A DNA stretch of 62,992 nucleotides, filler included, from Nemertoderma westbladi (taxonomy: Eukaryota > Animalia > Xenacoelomorpha), in NCBI GenBank assembly GCA_032718475.1. It is 4 parts of 4 records of this genome, joined end to end, with 100 filler letters (N's around TTAATTAATTAA, not from the genome) between each part and the next. Parts side by side here need not be neighbours in the genome. Positions count along the whole stretch, not along the records: positions 58,579 to 62,992 come from JAUCBJ010003195.1; 3 more parts are not named here. The stretch is one strand, 5' to 3'. The notes under the pieces were generated by a model that did not search any database, was not told where the DNA came from, and worked only from the letters and a program-made list of their open reading frames with translations. The first letter of the stretch is position 1, and each line of letters begins with the position of its first letter. Of this stretch, positions 59,784 through 62,992 are shown one piece after another. The translations under genes and the position numbers were made by a program.

Positions 59784-62700
59784 GTACTACTACTACTAGG
59801 TCGAGCGAACTCGGACAGTGGAAATGAGATCCTTCCAGGCTCCCCGATTCTCCATAGTTGTCGCAATTTCGTTTCTCCCAAGTTCAGTATCCCTTTCAAA
59901 TTGATCTATATATGTTATGGCGGGTCGTCCTCGACAACGCTTTCCATGAGTTGGTTGCCAGAGAAGTAGATCTGGTATGACCTCGTCTTTACTTCGCCAG
60001 CAGTGCCCACTAAATCTTAATCTGCGTTCACGGAGGGTGGTTGATACAGGTGGTATTGTACCATAAAGCTCGGCGTTTGCCATGCGTTGTCTCCAGCTGA
60101 TGTTTAGGGCTGCCCTTAGTAGTCTTGTGTAGCAACCACCAATTCGTTGTTCAAGTGATTTAGTCAGTGTCCAGGTCTCACCCCGTATAAAAATACACTT
60201 TCCACTGTGGCTCGAAAGAACTTAGTCTTCAGGAGCCTGGAGAGATCTGATTTCCAGATGGTATCCATTTTTGATAGAGCTACCCAAGCCTTTGCTTTCC
60301 TAACTTCTATGTCCTTTTTGCTACTCTCTATCCATGATCCAAGGTACTCGACCTTCCTTAGTTGATTATTATCAATGGTTGTCAAGTTTCCATCAACATT
60401 AAAGGTCATGAATTCGGTCTTGGTAGCATTTATATGCAATCCAACCTCCTTAGCAGCCCTCTCCACTTTATTCAGTAGAAGCTGTGCATCTGCTAGCGTA
60501 TTAGAGAGCAGGGCAATGTCATCCGCAAAGTCGGTGTCTGTGACTGCGTTGTTGTAGTGTGAATCCCAGATCTTCACCCTTGTGGCCGTCCTCATTGCTA
60601 AATCCACTACAATTACAAATAGTAATGGAGCTAATGTGTCACCTTGCAGTACGCCAGCCAGGATTGAGACTTTTCACCATCTGGTGAGAGTACCTGAGCT
60701 ACTGTGTCACAATATAATAATCCAATGCCAGCCACAATTACCTCTATGGATGGAGTCGAATGCTTTCTTGAAGTCCACAAAATAAAGAAAGGCGGGGAGA
60801 TTCTTAGACTTAATTCCCTCAATCAGTCTCCGTAGCGCAAGTATCTGAGATATTGTTGATCTACTTGGTCGAAATCCGTTTTGGCTCTTACGCAGGTGAT
60901 TCTCTATGTGAGGTCCAATTCTGTATAGAATCATTTTGTCGTCTGGCAGCTACCACACAAGCAGACAGGTCTCCTTTCTTAGGGAGAGGCTTTAGTTTGC
61001 CTTTAGTCCAAATTGGTGGTGGCTTTCCCCCTTTCAGCATCCGGTTGCAAACATCCAATAATGGTCTGTTTAGATCTCCTGTTTTTCATAACTCTGCAGG
61101 GATTTCATCTAATCCCCTCGCTTTATGATTGGACATGCTTTTAACCCTTTGGTTACTAGGCCCTTTTTTAAATAGCCCCCCAGAACCTAAAAATTAAGAA
61201 AACTTTAAAACATATTTACGGCAATGCCAATCATCTAGAAGTTATAACACATTTTTAAAATGATTTGACTTTTATCTTAAAAGGTGTCATGATTGATATT
61301 CTTCATATTTTTTTAATTTAAAAAAATTAAATTTTTAAAAATTAATAAAAAAAATTTTAATTAAAAATGTTTTTTTTAATAAAAATTAAAAATTTGTTCA
61401 TAAATCTTAAAGTTACCGTGCTATACGGAACTGTTACCTTATTAATTGCGATAGAGTAAATAATACAGATTTGAGTATTATATTCTAGAAATCCATGCTT
61501 TATATTTTTTTAATAAAAAAAAATTTTTTTTTTGAAAATTAAAAAATTAAAAAAATATTTATTTTTCTGAACTATATCATATATATTATTACATTCCATG
61601 GTCTATTTATGGTACCGGTATAATCTATATGACTTGTTTATGATAATCTGCAAAGCATTTATCAAGGCAGAGCCCTGGATATAAACTGTAAATGAATGAT
61701 AAATATAAATGAATAATTATTGTAATACCAAAATGCAATATAGCTTCATTATTGCAGAATTACCACAATAATCCACCAGGATGCTAGTACAGGAACAATC
61801 ATCATTCCCATTATTTTATTTACGAAATACAATTACGTAATTCACCAATATGAAGAATACCAGGTTTTCACTTTTCACTTTTCAGTCATGTCATGTATTT
61901 ATTTATTATTACAAAGTAGATTATTACAGTGGAAAGCTTGACAGGGAAATAAACTCTGATTGGTTGGAATTCTCAAGGGCTACTCATTCAAACCTCTGCC
62001 ATATCCTACTGTACAAGGTACAATCAATCTGCTTTCAATAAGCAGCCTTCTTTTTCTGAAAAGGAGCTCATCACTGATTGGTTGAATTCCAACCTCTAAC
62101 TCAAACTCTAGATCACTTTTTTAACTAAAACGGGTAGTATAGTGTCCTAAGCGATGGATAAACACTGCTAAAATAACCTAAACTTGAATCATCCCCATTG
62201 GCAGCCATTAACAACAGGACGTATATATACGTCCTTAGGACACTGTTGAGGACGTATATATACGTCCTTAGGGCTCAAAGGGTTAATGCTTCTTTGGAGT
62301 TCGGCAGGTGTGAAGTCCCCTGTTTCTATAAATAGGTAGCGTCTTGTCATATATTTTCCTTGTAGGACTGACCTCGATGTTTGGTGGCTGCCCAAGCAAG
62401 TTGCTGAAGTGATCTTTCCATTTCCCAACACGTTCTTCAGTACTATCGGCTTTGAGACGCCCCTTTGCACAACTTTTCCGACCAGATACCTCATTTACAG
62501 TTTGCCAGGTAAGTCTTGATTGTTGCTGTATGTGAGCAGTTGTAATTTGTTCAATCTTGTCTTGTATGTACTTCTCCTGGCTGAAGTTGTAGGCCAATTT
62601 AAGATCTTCCTTAGCTTTCTCAACCTTGTTGATGTTTTCGGTTGTTCGATTTTTACTTTGTAGGCTCTCTTACAAGTAACCTCAAAGTCTTGCCATGGCA

Positions 62701-62992
62701 CATATTGTTTTCGTTTGGATTTCTGGGGAATATGCCTCTTGGCTGAATCCCTGTGGGTTGTTATTATACTCTGGTATACTGGTCTTGTACACTGGTCTTC
62801 ATCCATTAACTGAAGTGCTTCAAAGCGGTTTTGAACTTCTACTGTGTAAGCATCCTTTACTGCATTGTCAGTTCGGAGTTTCTCCCAGTCATAGTTGATT
62901 CGCTTGCTTGTCCTGGGTTTGCTGGCTCTCAAACTGAGTCTGATCTCTGCAGTGACAATTCTGTGGTCCGAACAAATTAGGTTGAACGAGCA
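59784..62992 (-). mobile_element. RTE-clade LINE (family B), decayed, continues beyond the window
   Basis: QNGFRPSRST, VDFKKAFDSI, DTDFADD, YLGSWI and RLRFSGHCWR motifs, with a (TAG)n tail at ~59784-59799. Confidence 0.93.
61145..62282. mobile_element. Non-autonomous piggyBac-type element nested in RTE family B
   Basis: TTAA|CCCTTTG ... CAAAGGG|TTAA. Removing it restores ELQRSIKSMSNHKARGLDEIPAEL in frame. Two AGGACGTATATATACGTCCT palindromes lie near the right end. Confidence 0.9.

Overview
AT-rich animal (probably invertebrate) nuclear DNA made of four segments joined by identical 100-bp artificial spacers (44 N + TTAATTAATTAA + 44 N at 18952, 49233 and 58479), so adjacency across spacers is unproven. 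Four host genes are supportable: a 14-finger C2H2 protein, a two-exon HPGD/ADH-like short-chain dehydrogenase with an 8.0-kb TE-filled intron, an intronless MRPL50 CDS, and an intronless TRMT13 CDS carrying a ~210-aa Thr-Gln repeat N-terminus. The rest is mostly repeats: a 6.1-kb 23-bp satellite, a pogo-like transposase with a PHD tail, a decayed piggyBac, two RTE-clade LINE families, a CR1/Crack-like LINE, a CRE-like fragment, tRNA-derived SINEs and many MITEs. The most unusual observations are an exact 38x amplification of a 29-bp double-hairpin unit inside LINE ORF1, the TQ-cluster TRMT13, a TIR element with a 6-bp TSD supported by an in-window empty site, and a nearly C-free satellite fused to a MITE end. 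No CRISPR or prokaryotic system is present. All family assignments come from recognising motifs by eye; no database searches were run.
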